Under the pieces are notes generated by a model. It worked only from the letters and a program-made list of their open reading frames with translations, searched no databases and was not told where the DNA came from. Source: an uncultured bacterium (GTDB lineage Bacteria > Cyanobacteriota > Vampirovibrionia > Gastranaerophilales > Gastranaerophilaceae). Taken from it: a stretch of 64,000 nt of DNA. This document shows, one piece after another, positions 18,758 to 29,961 of this stretch. Where the stretch lies: positions 59,315 through 123,314 of the forward strand of contig CACWTN010000007.1 of NCBI GenBank assembly GCA_902763805.1. The letters are read 5' to 3'. The position numbers and the translations under genes are program-made. How positions within the stretch are numbered: position 1 is the stretch's first letter; each line of letters opens with the position of its first letter.

Positions 18758-20206
18758 TTACTCTTTTAGCCCTCTCAACATATTAATTATTGTGTTTCTA
18801 TTTAATAACATTATAAAGCAAATAAATAAAATTATTAACCACCGTATCATAAAGTTATCATATACCGTTAGCATAAGGAAATTTGACGATATCAGTAAAA
18901 GTGAAATTAACCCTATAGCTTTTATATTGTATATTTTTAGCTTACTTTTGTTATTTTTCTTTAAAACTATTTTCATAAAATAATAGTGAGCAAGACAAAA
19001 TGCCGCATAGCAAATTAATGTTGTATAAGCAGCAGCCATAAAACCAAAAATCGGAATAAATATATAATTTAACACAATATTCAATGCGGCACCCATAACG
19101 GATGCTATTGCTATATATTTATTTTCTTCGTAGAAAAATTCAACAGCACCAAAAAGATTATAAAGCATACTAAAAAATATTCCGACAAGCACAGGAGGTA
19201 TAACGTAAAGCGCCGGATAATATGCTTCAGGCAAAAGAAATTTAAATATATCCGGCAAGAAACAGATAAATATTATCGCAAGAATTGCCTCAAAGCCTAT
19301 TACTCCAACAGTTTTATCATACAATTGTTTAATTTTATTTTCTTTCAGTGATTTATAAATATACGGAGTAAGAGAGGATTCTATTCCTGCAAGTACAAGC
19401 ATAAATATCATAGCGAAATTGTATGCTACGCTATATATACCGGCATCAGAAGCTCCTGTTAACCAATTTATCATAACTCTGTCCGATTGATTCAAAATTT
19501 GGGTTGATAAATAATGCGGAATCAAGACAATACTGAACATTACCCCGAATTTCCACATTTCCCACTCGAAAAACTTTTTGCCATATCTTTGATTTTGTAT
19601 AAATAAACTTATACCGATAATAGAAGAAATTATTAATGCTCCTACAATTTTTGCCTCAACCCTGTGTGCAGGGAAGTTTAAAACAGCAACAATACTAAAT
19701 AGCGGGTTTAGTATACTGTTAATTATTGTTAAAGTTACCAAATTTTTATATTCATAATCATATCGCTGACTTGTTGCCCAAATATTGAAAGGAATTTGCA
19801 CCAAAATATCAATATACATGCAAATAACAAGGAATGGCATCATTCCCAGAGCATTAGCAAGTGGTTTTAAAATAATAAGCGACAAAATAAAAAATGCCAT
19901 TGTTATTACAATTGCTATTCCCTGATATGAAGAAATGACTTCTTTTTTTCGTTCAAAATATTTCGTTAAAGAAACATTTAATACTCCACCTGAATAAATA
20001 GACAAAGTTGTTACTATAGAAAAAATAACAAGCCAAGATTGATATACAGCAACCTGTCCATATTCTGATGTGTTTAATAATCTGGTAAAAATCGGCAGTG
20101 TAATAAAAGAAATACCTTTTAAAAGGAAACTTGATATAACAAACCACAGAGATGCCTTTAATGGTTTTGATAGGTTATGGTATTTATTTAACAACAACGA
20201 TATCAT
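18758..20206 (-). CDS. wzx: Oligosaccharide-unit flippase (Wzx / MOP superfamily)
   Basis: 482 aa with about 12-14 hydrophobic helices. Lies inside the polysaccharide locus. Overlaps its neighbours by 1-4 nt. Confidence 0.7.
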   Translation of the reverse strand: MISLLLNKYHNLSKPLKASLWFVISSFLLKGISFITLPIFTRLLNTSEYGQVAVYQSWLVIFSIVTTLSIYSGGVLNVSLTKYFERKKEVISSYQGIAIVITMAFFILSLIILKPLANALGMMPFLVICMYIDILVQIPFNIWATSQRYDYEYKNLVTLTIINSILNPLFSIVAVLNFPAHRVEAKIVGALIISSIIGISLFIQNQRYGKKFFEWEMWKFGVMFSIVLIPHYLSTQILNQSDRVMINWLTGASDAGIYSVAYNFAMIFMLVLAGIESSLTPYIYKSLKENKIKQLYDKTVGVIGFEAILAIIFICFLPDIFKFLLPEAYYPALYVIPPVLVGIFFSMLYNLFGAVEFFYEENKYIAIASVMGAALNIVLNYIFIPIFGFMAAAYTTLICYAAFCLAHYYFMKIVLKKNNKSKLKIYNIKAIGLISLLLISSNFLMLTVYDNFMIRWLIILFICFIMLLNRNTIINMLRGLKE

Positions 20207-21423
20207 TTATTCCCCTTGAACAGTTTTATTACAAATCTGCGAATTGGTACAATTGGCGGAAATATACATTTAAGAATGTTCCATAATTTTATAAGAATTT
20301 GTTTTCTCTGCCAGTTAAAATGATAAACTAGTTTAAAAGCTCCGTAAAAGCCCTCTTTTTCAGCTTTATTCCACAGTTCATCATATTCCTTTGGCTTTTC
20401 TGTAGGACAATTTAGTGTAAAATTGCCTTTTATGGCTTCTTCAACGGGTCTTTCTGTTATATTGATTTTATCTTTTATAATGTTAACCAGGGTATTACCA
20501 TTTTCAGAATTTATAAAAAACAAACTTCTGCCATTAATTTTGATTGTTTTCAATACCTGTTCATCCAAACCCCAGAAATCACCAATTGTTAGATCGCTTA
20601 TTCTTTTTGAACCGGCAAACATACATGAAAAACAATTTTTTCTAAAAATTGAATGTTTTTCAAAACATATATAATATGGGTCATACAGAGCATTAAAATT
20701 ATAAATAATTTTGTCATCTTTACCATACAGAACCAACGAACCATCATATTCGCCGCCACGAAATGATATATTTTTAATGTGTTTACCATTATTAATTTTT
20801 CTAATGTGCTCATTGAATATGTGGGGAGAAGAACCACCCCTGCATAATATATCCACGCAATAAAACGGTTTAATTTTTGTTTGGTCTAATGTTGTACAAA
20901 GCGTTTTAAATGCAAATACTTCACAAGGAACTCCTATAAACAGGCAGGGTTTTTCTTTAATTTTTTCCTTGATTTTGCTCCAAATTCCCGTTTTGGAACT
21001 TTGCACATATTTTGATTTCGCACAAGCTTCAAGTTCATCAATTGTTTCGCAAATTTTGTGTTCAACGACATAAGTTTCAGGGTTAAACCAAACCCCGACA
21101 ACAAAACCACCCCGTTCAATAAAAGCTTTGCTTAACTCTGTTGCAATTCCGCCGGATGCAGATTCAAAATGCCTTTTATCATCTTTGCTCCAGGCCGCAT
21201 AAGCAATATCCGGGGTTTCATTCTTTGATTTTTCTATATTTTCTTCATTATTTGCAGGGCAAAATTTTTGACATTTCCCACAGGAAACGCACTTTTCTTT
21301 ATCAATAACAGGATAATAAAATCCGCCGATTGTTTCTATAGAAATTGCTCCAACGGGGCATAAATCGTGACAGAGCGAACACCCAAAGCATTTTTCTTTT
21401 TCACATATTTGTACTATTGCCAT
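20203..21423 (-). CDS. FrhB-like (F420 hydrogenase/dehydrogenase beta family) Fe-S protein of polysaccharide loci
   Basis: N-terminal 2x[4Fe-4S] motifs 'CFGCSLCHDLCP' and 'CVSCGKCQKFCP'. The remaining about 330 aa have the size and Cys pattern of the FrhB-like proteins that accompany polysaccharide-modifying transferases. Confidence 0.55.
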   Translation of the reverse strand: MAIVQICEKEKCFGCSLCHDLCPVGAISIETIGGFYYPVIDKEKCVSCGKCQKFCPANNEENIEKSKNETPDIAYAAWSKDDKRHFESASGGIATELSKAFIERGGFVVGVWFNPETYVVEHKICETIDELEACAKSKYVQSSKTGIWSKIKEKIKEKPCLFIGVPCEVFAFKTLCTTLDQTKIKPFYCVDILCRGGSSPHIFNEHIRKINNGKHIKNISFRGGEYDGSLVLYGKDDKIIYNFNALYDPYYICFEKHSIFRKNCFSCMFAGSKRISDLTIGDFWGLDEQVLKTIKINGRSLFFINSENGNTLVNIIKDKINITERPVEEAIKGNFTLNCPTEKPKEYDELWNKAEKEGFYGAFKLVYHFNWQRKQILIKLWNILKCIFPPIVPIRRFVIKLFKGNK

Positions 21424-21441
21424 TACTTTTTATTTACCCCT

Positions 21442-22935
21442 TTACCCCTCCTCATCGGTCATCTCATTATATTTGTCTACCCATTTTGGGTATTCTTCCT
21501 GTAATTGAGGAGTTGTTATACTCTCTATAACATTTGCTATTCCGTCAATACTGTCACAGTACAGGAATCCCATATCCGTAATCCCGCAATAAAAATTTCT
21601 GCGTTTAGTCAGATTTACCGAACAAAACGGAAGTTCTTTAAAAGCTGCATCAATCATTGAAATTGAATGTTCTCCGAATACCAAATCCGCATTTTTTAAA
21701 TCTTCATCTAAAGAACTCCTTGAAAATGATAGTTGAAAATTCTCTAGATTAGTTGATGGCATCGAAGCTGATAACACAAGATTCGGCAAGTTTTGGCTTG
21801 CAAAATATTCCGCAACTCTGTTTATGGCATTAACCCCTACATTTAGAGGATGTACCCAAGTGGGATGACATCTGTAAACAAAATTTATATCGGGATATCG
21901 TTTTGCAATTTTAACAAATGCATCAACGAGCATATCATCGTCAGAACGGTTTTTTAGTGCTGTCCAATCTCCCGAACCCGAGGCTACAACAAGAACATTC
22001 TTAACCTCTTTCGGAAATTTGGGAAGCGGCATATATAGTTTTTTTCTGTATGGGATTAAAGAAACCGGAAGTTTTTTGTTATGAAACAATTGTTCTCCCA
22101 AAACGTCCCATGCGTAGTATTGAACATTACTTGGAATAAAATTATAGTCATGTTGACTGTAATTTGGCGGCAAATATCCGTCTTGTATCCATCTGACATC
22201 GTATCTGTCATCATCTGGGACATTACAGCTGTGGTGTTCGTGCCATGTTGTAATATACTGACATTCTTCCTTAGGGTAAAATATTCCGTTATTAAATTTT
22301 TCAAGTTCCTCATCAGATTTTTTAAATTCAAGATTTAATCTGTATCCTATGCGGTGCATTTTTCCGACAAAAATAATTTTTTTGCCGTTATATTCTGAAA
22401 CATAAACCTCTTGAGCTCTTTGAGGAGCAGTTTTTCCTTTTAAGCTTAAATAAATCTCTCTGAATAGTTTTATTTTTCCCAAAAGCCTTTTTATCTTTCT
22501 TGAAAGCGACACTTTTTCAAAAGGATAATAGTATTTTCCGTTTAATCTTTTAAAACCGTCTTTTTTCCATACATTCTCATCAAGACCTAAATCATCAGAT
22601 AAAATATATCCTTTAAACTTAGGAAACTCTTTTTTTAAATTTGCTAAAACTTTTTCATTTTTAAGCTTTTTCATTATAATCAGATGCTTGCTGTAATCAA
22701 CTTTTTCTATATCATAAGCTTTTTCATCGCAATCTGCCATTTCACTATCCGTAAGATAATCGGCAAAATCTCTGAAAATACAATTCGGAAAAAGTTTTTC
22801 CAAAAACTCTCTTTCGTTATCAAAAAGATAATGTGTTGTTAAAAACAAATTTGAATCGTCTTTCTTACTTAATTTTGTAAAATTATTAAATGATTCTAAT
22901 TTTAAATGTTGAGTAAATAAATATACGTTTAGCAT
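21442..22935 (-). CDS. Hypothetical polysaccharide-modifying transferase (possibly TagF/KpsS-like phosphotransferase)
   Basis: 497 aa. The C-terminal half has 'VLVVASGSGDW...' followed by 'FVYRCHPTW', which resembles the HP motif of TagF/capsule-synthesis families. A tagD gene lies nearby. The assignment is weak. Confidence 0.3.
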   Translation of the reverse strand: MLNVYLFTQHLKLESFNNFTKLSKKDDSNLFLTTHYLFDNEREFLEKLFPNCIFRDFADYLTDSEMADCDEKAYDIEKVDYSKHLIIMKKLKNEKVLANLKKEFPKFKGYILSDDLGLDENVWKKDGFKRLNGKYYYPFEKVSLSRKIKRLLGKIKLFREIYLSLKGKTAPQRAQEVYVSEYNGKKIIFVGKMHRIGYRLNLEFKKSDEELEKFNNGIFYPKEECQYITTWHEHHSCNVPDDDRYDVRWIQDGYLPPNYSQHDYNFIPSNVQYYAWDVLGEQLFHNKKLPVSLIPYRKKLYMPLPKFPKEVKNVLVVASGSGDWTALKNRSDDDMLVDAFVKIAKRYPDINFVYRCHPTWVHPLNVGVNAINRVAEYFASQNLPNLVLSASMPSTNLENFQLSFSRSSLDEDLKNADLVFGEHSISMIDAAFKELPFCSVNLTKRRNFYCGITDMGFLYCDSIDGIANVIESITTPQLQEEYPKWVDKYNEMTDEEG

Positions 22936-22950
22936 TAAATTAATATTCCT

Positions 22951-23877
22951 TTATCTAAAAGTACCAAGTAATTTGACCAAAATTTGTTTTGCGAACTGCA
23001 TAAATATTGAAAAATATACATCTTTTATAGAGAAAAAGACTTTCATTGATTTATCAAAACTGCTCAAATCATAAGAACAATATTTTCTGAAAATAAAATA
23101 ATCTACAGCCAGATTAGAACAGAATTTTAACACTTCTTTTTTTAGGCTCAAAAAGGCTTCTGTTGTTAAATCTCCGCTTGTAACAAGGTTAACTAAGATT
23201 GATGGATATTCAACTGCAAAAGCGTAGAATAAATCATAATTTCCTTTCGGCTTTTTACCCTGAGGCATCTCATCCAATAAAAATGAGTTGTCAATTATAT
23301 ATTTTTCCCTTTTTCTTTCATTAAATAAGATTGTTGTATGAGGAAATAACTCATTAAAATTGGTATTATTCCTCAACTTATCAAAATCTTCTTTCCAAAT
23401 TCCCATTCCTGTTGACCAGGTAGAATATATTTTAAGGTTTTCGACAAAATCGGAAAAATTATCATACTCCTGTATTGTATTTTCTGTTTTTAATGTGTTA
23501 TTTGAAAAATAAATTACAGGCTTTTTGTCACTGTTAACATATTTTTGTACAAAATTTATAAAATAATCTAATGTACCGTCAATTAATTTTGTTCTGTGAT
23601 TAATAAATTTTATAAAACACCCGTGCGCAAGCTTGTAACATTCCGGCTCACTTAAAAAAAGCGGTGCAGTTGTTTTTTCATAAACTAAATTCTCATGGTC
23701 AAGCTTATATTCTTGTATTTTGTTAAAAAATTCTTCATTATTACCGTTATCACTGATAACAACTTCAAATAACGTATTATCAACTTTTTGAGAATATATG
23801 CTTTCCAAAACCGGAAATACCCATTCTATCACGCCGTTAGTCGGAATACACAAAGATATTATCGGCTTGTTATCCAT
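22951..23877 (-). CDS. Glycosyltransferase family 2-like
   Basis: N-terminal 'ISLCIPTNG' and 'VVISDNGNNEE' blocks of GT-A fold transferases. Locus context. Confidence 0.6.
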   Translation of the reverse strand: MDNKPIISLCIPTNGVIEWVFPVLESIYSQKVDNTLFEVVISDNGNNEEFFNKIQEYKLDHENLVYEKTTAPLFLSEPECYKLAHGCFIKFINHRTKLIDGTLDYFINFVQKYVNSDKKPVIYFSNNTLKTENTIQEYDNFSDFVENLKIYSTWSTGMGIWKEDFDKLRNNTNFNELFPHTTILFNERKREKYIIDNSFLLDEMPQGKKPKGNYDLFYAFAVEYPSILVNLVTSGDLTTEAFLSLKKEVLKFCSNLAVDYFIFRKYCSYDLSSFDKSMKVFFSIKDVYFSIFMQFAKQILVKLLGTFR

Positions 23878-24301
23878 TATTGTTCTCCTTTAACAGTTTT
23901 TTATAGTCATCAAAGCTTCGAATATATTCTTTTGGATCATAATGCTCGCTGGCTAAAACAAGAAGGACAGAATCTTCACTAAAATCATACATCTCTTTCC
24001 AAACCATTTTAGGAAGGTATACTCCGGTATTTGGTTTATTTAATACAACAATCATTTCATTACCGGATTCATCAACAACCTTAACCTTACTTGAACCGGC
24101 AACATTAATTAAAACGAACTCTGTTTTTAGATTAGCGTGCTGCCCTCTTACAACATTTTCCAGAGTTTTACAGATATAAAAGACTCTTTTTATTTCAAAT
24201 GGGATATTTTGCGCACCTTCTACAACAATTAATTCGCCTCTCTCATCTCCCAACTGAGGGAAATTTAACATTTTTACAAGTTCTAAATTATTTTTTTCCA
24301 T
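23870..24301 (-). CDS. fdtA: WxcM/FdtA-like sugar 3,4-ketoisomerase (cupin)
   Basis: 'GDERGELIVVEG...IPFEIKRVFYI...RGQHAN' and 'VLLVLASEHYDPKEYIRSFDDY' match the FdtA pattern. The start at 24301 (MEKNN) has an AGGGG RBS and avoids overlapping the upstream stop. The ORF stays open to 24319. Confidence 0.65.
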   Translation of the reverse strand: MEKNNLELVKMLNFPQLGDERGELIVVEGAQNIPFEIKRVFYICKTLENVVRGQHANLKTEFVLINVAGSSKVKVVDESGNEMIVVLNKPNTGVYLPKMVWKEMYDFSEDSVLLVLASEHYDPKEYIRSFDDYKKLLKENNNG

Positions 24302-24302
24302 G

Positions 24303-25397
24303 TTAACCCCTAAAATCATTAATTGCTTTTATTACAAAACTTTGTTCTTCTTCTGTCATACCGTTATACATTGGCAAACTTAAAACTTCTTTTGCATTTT
24401 TTTCCGTGATAGGATAATCACCTTCTTTTTTACCCAAATAAGCATAAGCTTCTGACAGATGAGGCGGAATCGGATAGTGAATAAGCGTTCCGATTTCTTT
24501 TTCTTTCAAATATTCCTGTAGTTCATCTCTTTTATTTGTATGAATTACAAATTGATGCCAGGTTGAATCCGCATTAGGGCGAACTTTTGGAAGTGTTATA
24601 ATCGGGTTTTTAATCTCTTTCAAATATCTGTCGGCAATTTTACATCTTTCCTGATTAAGTTCATCAAGATGTCTAAGCTTCACCCTCAAAAGACCTGCCT
24701 GTATTTCATCAAGCCTGCTGTTTGAACCTATAACCTGATTATGATATCTTTTTTCACTGCCATAATTTCTATAAACCTTAAATTTCTTTGCCAAATCTTC
24801 ATTATCTGTTGTAATACAGCCACCGTCACCAAAAGCGCCGCAACCCTTTGACGGATAAAAACTAAAACATGCAACATCTCCAAAAGTTCCGACTTTTTTA
24901 TCTTTCCAATGATTACCGTGGCTTTGAGCACAATCTTCTACAACTTTTAAATTGTATTTTTTTGCCAACTCCATAATTTTTGTCATATCACACGATTGAC
25001 CATACAAATGAACAGCAAGAATTGCTTTTGTTTTAGGAGTAATTGCCTCTTCAATTTTATCCGCATCAATATTATCATATTCGTCAGGTTCTACAAAAAC
25101 CGGAGTTGCACCATCAACAGTTATTCCCATTACGCAGGCGATATAGGCATTTGCGCAGACGATTACTTCATCACCTTTTTTGATGTTTAACAAATGAAAA
25201 CTTATTTTTAGGGCGTCCAAGCCGTTTGCTAATCCAACACAATATTTAGTACCGATATAATCTGCCCACTCTTTTTCAAAAGCTTCAAGCTCTTTTCCTA
25301 ATATGTACCAACCTGAGCGCAATACCTCTACTGCCTTGTTTTCGTACTCATCGGCGTGTAAAGAAAATTGTCTTAGCAAATTATTCGGCATTATCAT
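24303..25397 (-). CDS. DegT/DnrJ/EryC1/StrS-family PLP-dependent sugar aminotransferase
   Basis: Family blocks '[18 protein letters not shown]', '[10 protein letters not shown]' and '[15 protein letters not shown]' (PLP-Lys region). AAGGAG RBS. Confidence 0.85.
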   Translation of the reverse strand: MIMPNNLLRQFSLHADEYENKAVEVLRSGWYILGKELEAFEKEWADYIGTKYCVGLANGLDALKISFHLLNIKKGDEVIVCANAYIACVMGITVDGATPVFVEPDEYDNIDADKIEEAITPKTKAILAVHLYGQSCDMTKIMELAKKYNLKVVEDCAQSHGNHWKDKKVGTFGDVACFSFYPSKGCGAFGDGGCITTDNEDLAKKFKVYRNYGSEKRYHNQVIGSNSRLDEIQAGLLRVKLRHLDELNQERCKIADRYLKEIKNPIITLPKVRPNADSTWHQFVIHTNKRDELQEYLKEKEIGTLIHYPIPPHLSEAYAYLGKKEGDYPITEKNAKEVLSLPMYNGMTEEEQSFVIKAINDFRG

Positions 25398-25418
25398 GTT
25401 GTCAACTCCTTATTTAAC

Positions 25419-26144
25419 ATGCATAGTGTATCACAAATAAGCATTTCATGGTACAATACCTACGTTATGAATTTTACAAATATACTTGAGAAATTTATAG
25501 TTTACAGATTTTTTCGTAAGTGTTACAGAAAACATATTTGGAAAAAAAATAATTCTGACAACAATATTATTTTGAAAGAACTTTTTAATTATAATAAAGT
25601 AATTGCAGGAAAACATTCTTACGGAACAATTGATTTGCTTATGCATTCAAAAGAGCCCCATAAGCTATATATAGGGAATTTTTGTTCAATTGCACCGAAT
25701 GTTCTTTTTATTATTGCTTCGGATCACAACTATAAGTGCCTCTCAACATTTCCTTTTAAAGTAATGGTAGCCGGTGAGAAGGCAGAAGCATTGTCTAAGG
25801 GAGATATTATAGTTAAAGATGATGTTTGGATAGGCGCAAACTCTACAATTTTATCAGGTGTAACCATAAATCAGGGCGCAATTGTTGCAGCAGGAAGTGT
25901 TGTAACAAAAGATGTTCCTCCCTATGCAATAGTTGGCGGCAATCCTGCAAAAGTTATCAAATACAGATTTTCTGAACCCATTATTCAAAAGCTTTTAAAA
26001 ATTGATTATTCAAAACTTTCTGATGAAACTATTTTGAATAATTTAGATACAATGTATGAAGAAATTACCGAAGAAAACGTTAATAACATTGTAAACAAAC
26101 TTATCAAAAATACGAAAACTGTGGAGGTAACAGGTGCTTTTTAA
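25419..26144 (+). CDS. Hexapeptide-repeat (LbH) acetyltransferase, CatB/Vat-like O-acetyltransferase type
   Basis: '[45 protein letters not shown]'. The preceding 'GKHSYG...[13 protein letters not shown]' resembles xenobiotic/CatB-like enzymes. An alternative start at 25467 (MNFTN) lies just downstream of an extended -10 'TGGTACAAT'. Confidence 0.8.
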   Translation: MHSVSQISISWYNTYVMNFTNILEKFIVYRFFRKCYRKHIWKKNNSDNNIILKELFNYNKVIAGKHSYGTIDLLMHSKEPHKLYIGNFCSIAPNVLFIIASDHNYKCLSTFPFKVMVAGEKAEALSKGDIIVKDDVWIGANSTILSGVTINQGAIVAAGSVVTKDVPPYAIVGGNPAKVIKYRFSEPIIQKLLKIDYSKLSDETILNNLDTMYEEITEENVNNIVNKLIKNTKTVEVTGAF

Positions 26145-26922
26145 AGAAAAATTTGATTTAATTGTATCATTAGGAAGTGATTGTGCATGCTCTTCATATT
26201 TACGGAGATTTGGTTTGCAAGATTATTCGTATCCTTTCGATTGGTTAACAAAATTTCCTTTTGACAATAGAATCAATTTTCTATTGAACGATTTTAACGA
26301 TTTTTTAAATAAAGAAAATTTACATAAAATTGAAAAACCAAAAGATAAAGAAACAGACAGTAAATGTGATTATTATGAAGATTCTAAATATGATATTTAC
26401 TTCTTCCACGATTTTAAAAATTTCCTGCCTTTTGATGTTGCATACAATGATGTTAGAGAAAAATATACCAGAAGAATTAAAAGGTTGTATTCAAAAATAT
26501 CTGAATCTAAAAAGGTTTTGTTTGTTTGGTGGTCAAGAGAGCTGCATTTAGATATGCAGCATGTATGCAATCAATTTAATAATCTTCAAGAAAAATTTGG
26601 GAATTCTGAATTATTTTTATTATTAATAGAAGATAAAGACGAAAAAGATAAACAAGAACAATATTCGTATTTAGATAATCATATTATTCTGATAAAAGAT
26701 TATCTTATGGGACCCAATAAGCACGGAAGTACTATGGGAATAGAAGAAACCAATAATCTGATTTTTAAACAAATTCGATATAAAAGTCCTCTAAAAAATA
26801 TTATAAAAGGTTCTTGTTTAAATCTTGCAAAAAGTCTAGTAAAAATACTTATACCAAACAGAGATTTACGTAATAAAATTTATTCCAAATTACAGTATAT
26901 GTTTTTAAAAGCGAGGTTATAA
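26134..26922 (+). CDS. DUF1796-like protein (putative papain-like fold, common in polysaccharide loci)
   Basis: GTG start with a GGAGG RBS. The N-terminal '[29 protein letters not shown]' motif is characteristic of DUF1796. Confidence 0.5.
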   Translation: MLFKEKFDLIVSLGSDCACSSYLRRFGLQDYSYPFDWLTKFPFDNRINFLLNDFNDFLNKENLHKIEKPKDKETDSKCDYYEDSKYDIYFFHDFKNFLPFDVAYNDVREKYTRRIKRLYSKISESKKVLFVWWSRELHLDMQHVCNQFNNLQEKFGNSELFLLLIEDKDEKDKQEQYSYLDNHIILIKDYLMGPNKHGSTMGIEETNNLIFKQIRYKSPLKNIIKGSCLNLAKSLVKILIPNRDLRNKIYSKLQYMFLKARL

Positions 26923-26944
26923 TTATCTGTTATCGCCTAGAGAA

Positions 26945-28237
26945 CTAGTATATTACAGTTTCTTCAAGAGCTTCTTTTGTTGCCTGTAAATATGCATATC
27001 CATAGTGCTGGTCAGGCTCAAGATGAGCTCCTTCTGCCCACTCATTCCAAGCATTTACAAAAACAAATTGTTCGTTTTTTTGATGTTTTTCTTTTGTCCA
27101 ATTAATTAAATCAAGTAACCATTGTTTATATTCTTTTGGTCCCATATCAAATACATAACAGCCTCTGAGCGCATAAGCTTTTCGTGCCGTATTATCCCAC
27201 CCCGGATAAAGACATTTAAATGTTTTGTACTCTCTAGGAGTCAAATGAGCTTTTTCTTTTAACGCTCTTTTAATATCTATAATATTGCCTTTAAAGTGTG
27301 GATTAACATACTTGCCTTTTAAGTTTGAAGTAAATTGAGTTATAGGAAGTAACTGATGAGAAAACTCAACAATGCCTTCAAAATCAAATTCTTTAAGAGT
27401 TTCACCCAAATTCTTTCCTGCGTTAGTCGTTATGATATACAAATCTTCAGAGGTCTGTTCTTTAACTTTTTGTCTTACATAGTTCCAAAAATTCTTAAAT
27501 CGTTCTTTTTCAAAAAATTGTGGTTGGTACAATAAAAAGACCGGTCTGTTATTTATTCTGATATATCTTTTATCCTGAATATATTTGATAATATCATTTG
27601 CAAACTTTTCTTCATCTCCATCGTTTAAAACCTGATTTTTAATAATCTTTTTTTCATTACCGTCACCCCAAATTGTAGTCCAAGTTTCGTTTGTCCACAT
27701 CAGGCAGAAAGGAAAATCAAGTTCTTTGTTATTTAAAAAATTCAGAATAGGTTTTTCAAGCAGTGTATCACCCGAAAACCAATAATAGTAAAAGCAAAAA
27801 CCATAAATTCCATATTTTTTAGCAAGCTCGATTTGTCTGTACATAACATCATCATGTGTTAAATCATAAAAACCAACATCTATCGGCAAGTGCGGTTGAT
27901 AATGTCCCGTAAATTGAGGAATGGCACTTGTTGCTTTATACCATTCCATAAAGCCTTTACCAAAATACTTATTATTAACTTCATTTTCATAGAATTGAGG
28001 CAGATAAAAAGATATTATTTTGGCGGTATTATCATTTCTCTTAATATTATCTTCCGATAATGGTACAAACTCTTCATATTTATTGTAATTTTGTTCTGAC
28101 AGCCAGCTCAAATGTTTTAATTTCAGAATTATTGAGAAATTTTGAATATTCCAAAAAAAACGCTTTGCATAAATTTCACACGTACAATATAAAAATCTCA
28201 AGATTTTTTTTATTGTATATTTTTTATATTCTGCCAT
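26945..28237 (-). CDS. WbsX-like glycosyl transferase/hydrolase-fold protein
   Basis: 'FYLPQFYENEVNNKYFGKGFMEWY...PQFTGHYQPHLP' and 'VNAWNEWAEGAHLEPD' resemble the WbsX (Glyco_tran_WbsX) family. Confidence 0.55.
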   Translation of the reverse strand: MAEYKKYTIKKILRFLYCTCEIYAKRFFWNIQNFSIILKLKHLSWLSEQNYNKYEEFVPLSEDNIKRNDNTAKIISFYLPQFYENEVNNKYFGKGFMEWYKATSAIPQFTGHYQPHLPIDVGFYDLTHDDVMYRQIELAKKYGIYGFCFYYYWFSGDTLLEKPILNFLNNKELDFPFCLMWTNETWTTIWGDGNEKKIIKNQVLNDGDEEKFANDIIKYIQDKRYIRINNRPVFLLYQPQFFEKERFKNFWNYVRQKVKEQTSEDLYIITTNAGKNLGETLKEFDFEGIVEFSHQLLPITQFTSNLKGKYVNPHFKGNIIDIKRALKEKAHLTPREYKTFKCLYPGWDNTARKAYALRGCYVFDMGPKEYKQWLLDLINWTKEKHQKNEQFVFVNAWNEWAEGAHLEPDQHYGYAYLQATKEALEETVIY

Positions 28238-28372
28238 TTTGTCTCCAAATAGTAAATTAACAATTCAAACGAACACAGATTGTTCTAGTTTTTACGTTTA
28301 AATATTATCATAAAATGAAAAAATTTATAACAACATAATTTTTTAGCAGAAGATTTTGTTTGTTCTTTATAT

Positions 28373-29881
28373 TTAAGATTTTGGTTGGTTAACATAATTT
28401 TCTTTTGACAATATAATTAATTTCTTGTTAAATATCTTGGTTTTTACACCAAATTCGTATATATACATAATACTTAAAGCAATTATAAAATATAAATTTA
28501 TGTATAAAAAATTTAATTCATAAAACGAATTAATGATAAGTGCAATTAAAGTACCTTTCAGCATCCAACCATATTTATATACATAATGATTCTTTTTATA
28601 TTTTTTTTGAATATTATCAATATTTTTAATTAATTTATAATAAAAATATGCAAATACTAAAAATATAAAAATTCCGTTTTCGGCTAAGAAAACATATATA
28701 AAAGCTCTTAATAAAAAGGCTGTCTGAGATACTGCATACACTGCTTTTGTTGCTATTGTTACTGTGGGGACAGGAGGTAACGAAGACTGCAAATATTGAT
28801 CTATAATTACACGAGCCAAATTCCCATGCCCTACACCAACTATAGGATGCTTTAAGAACACACAAAAAGAGTTAACATAACAATAAACTCTTGATGCCAA
28901 ACTAGGTTCTATATCTACAAAATCATCAAAAGAATGTACTTCGGTAAAGAGATTAGTAATTCTTGAAAGATAAGTATCTGATAAATCAATATTACAAAAA
29001 ACAAGTAATATTATTGCAAACAAAATGACAAAAACCAAAAAAAACCTTTTATATACATATACAATTTTGTCAAAAAATAGAATAATAGTTAGAAAAACAC
29101 TTAGAACCAAAAAAATTGGAGATAATGTTAATATCAGGCTCAAACAAGTAAAAGGCAAAATAGTCTTCTTTATGAATATGCTTAAATTATTGTTTTTAAG
29201 AATCGCTGATTTTAATCCAAAGTATCCATATGCAAAAGGCAAGAAAAGATATAAAACTTGTGCATAATGTCCTGGTTCTTCATTAAGATTGTCCAACCTC
29301 GGCAAACCAAATGCCGTATAATTATGCCCAATGCTGTTGTCTCCTATTGCATCAAAACCATTATGCATTGAGTTTATTATTCTTAAATTTGAAAAAAACT
29401 CAAAAATGTTATTAATTAATTCAATATCTAACAACTGTCCTATATATGCGACAAAACCTATTAAAAGATTTATCCAAAACAAAATCATAAATATATTCAT
29501 AAATTTTTTGAATGAAATAAGTCTATCTATAATAAAAATGTAATAAAATAATATTGGCAAAATATACAACACAAATTGCATTATTATTGATCGAATAGAT
29601 TGAACTAAACTAGCAGAACCAAAAAATGATAAAAATATAGCATTTAAAGACATTAATATCAATACCAATATAAAAAACTTCAATGGAGTTTTTTTCACAA
29701 CTCTATAGAAGGTACTTACTGCTTTTTCCCGATAAAAGATAAAAATTAATATAATAGAAAGGTACAGTGTTACAAAGTATATCAAATAAGGTGCTTTGAG
29801 TAGCGGGAAATAGAAAACAAATGCCGGAAAAAAGAAAAGAATAAGTGGTAAAAATATTATAATTCTTGCAAAAGCATTCAT
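28373..29881 (-). CDS. wzy: O-antigen/repeat-unit polymerase-like polytopic membrane protein
   Basis: 502 aa, extremely hydrophobic with more than 10 helices and a larger loop around residues 150-200. Very AT-rich coding sequence, typical of wzy. Locus context. Confidence 0.55.
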   Translation of the reverse strand: MNAFARIIIFLPLILFFFPAFVFYFPLLKAPYLIYFVTLYLSIILIFIFYREKAVSTFYRVVKKTPLKFFILVLILMSLNAIFLSFFGSASLVQSIRSIIMQFVLYILPILFYYIFIIDRLISFKKFMNIFMILFWINLLIGFVAYIGQLLDIELINNIFEFFSNLRIINSMHNGFDAIGDNSIGHNYTAFGLPRLDNLNEEPGHYAQVLYLFLPFAYGYFGLKSAILKNNNLSIFIKKTILPFTCLSLILTLSPIFLVLSVFLTIILFFDKIVYVYKRFFLVFVILFAIILLVFCNIDLSDTYLSRITNLFTEVHSFDDFVDIEPSLASRVYCYVNSFCVFLKHPIVGVGHGNLARVIIDQYLQSSLPPVPTVTIATKAVYAVSQTAFLLRAFIYVFLAENGIFIFLVFAYFYYKLIKNIDNIQKKYKKNHYVYKYGWMLKGTLIALIINSFYELNFLYINLYFIIALSIMYIYEFGVKTKIFNKKLIILSKENYVNQPKS

Positions 29882-29961
29882 TCAAACTAAACCTATTTTT
29901 GTGATATCATATTATTTATAACTATCATAAAAAAACACAATAATCAATGAGAGTAATAAGA

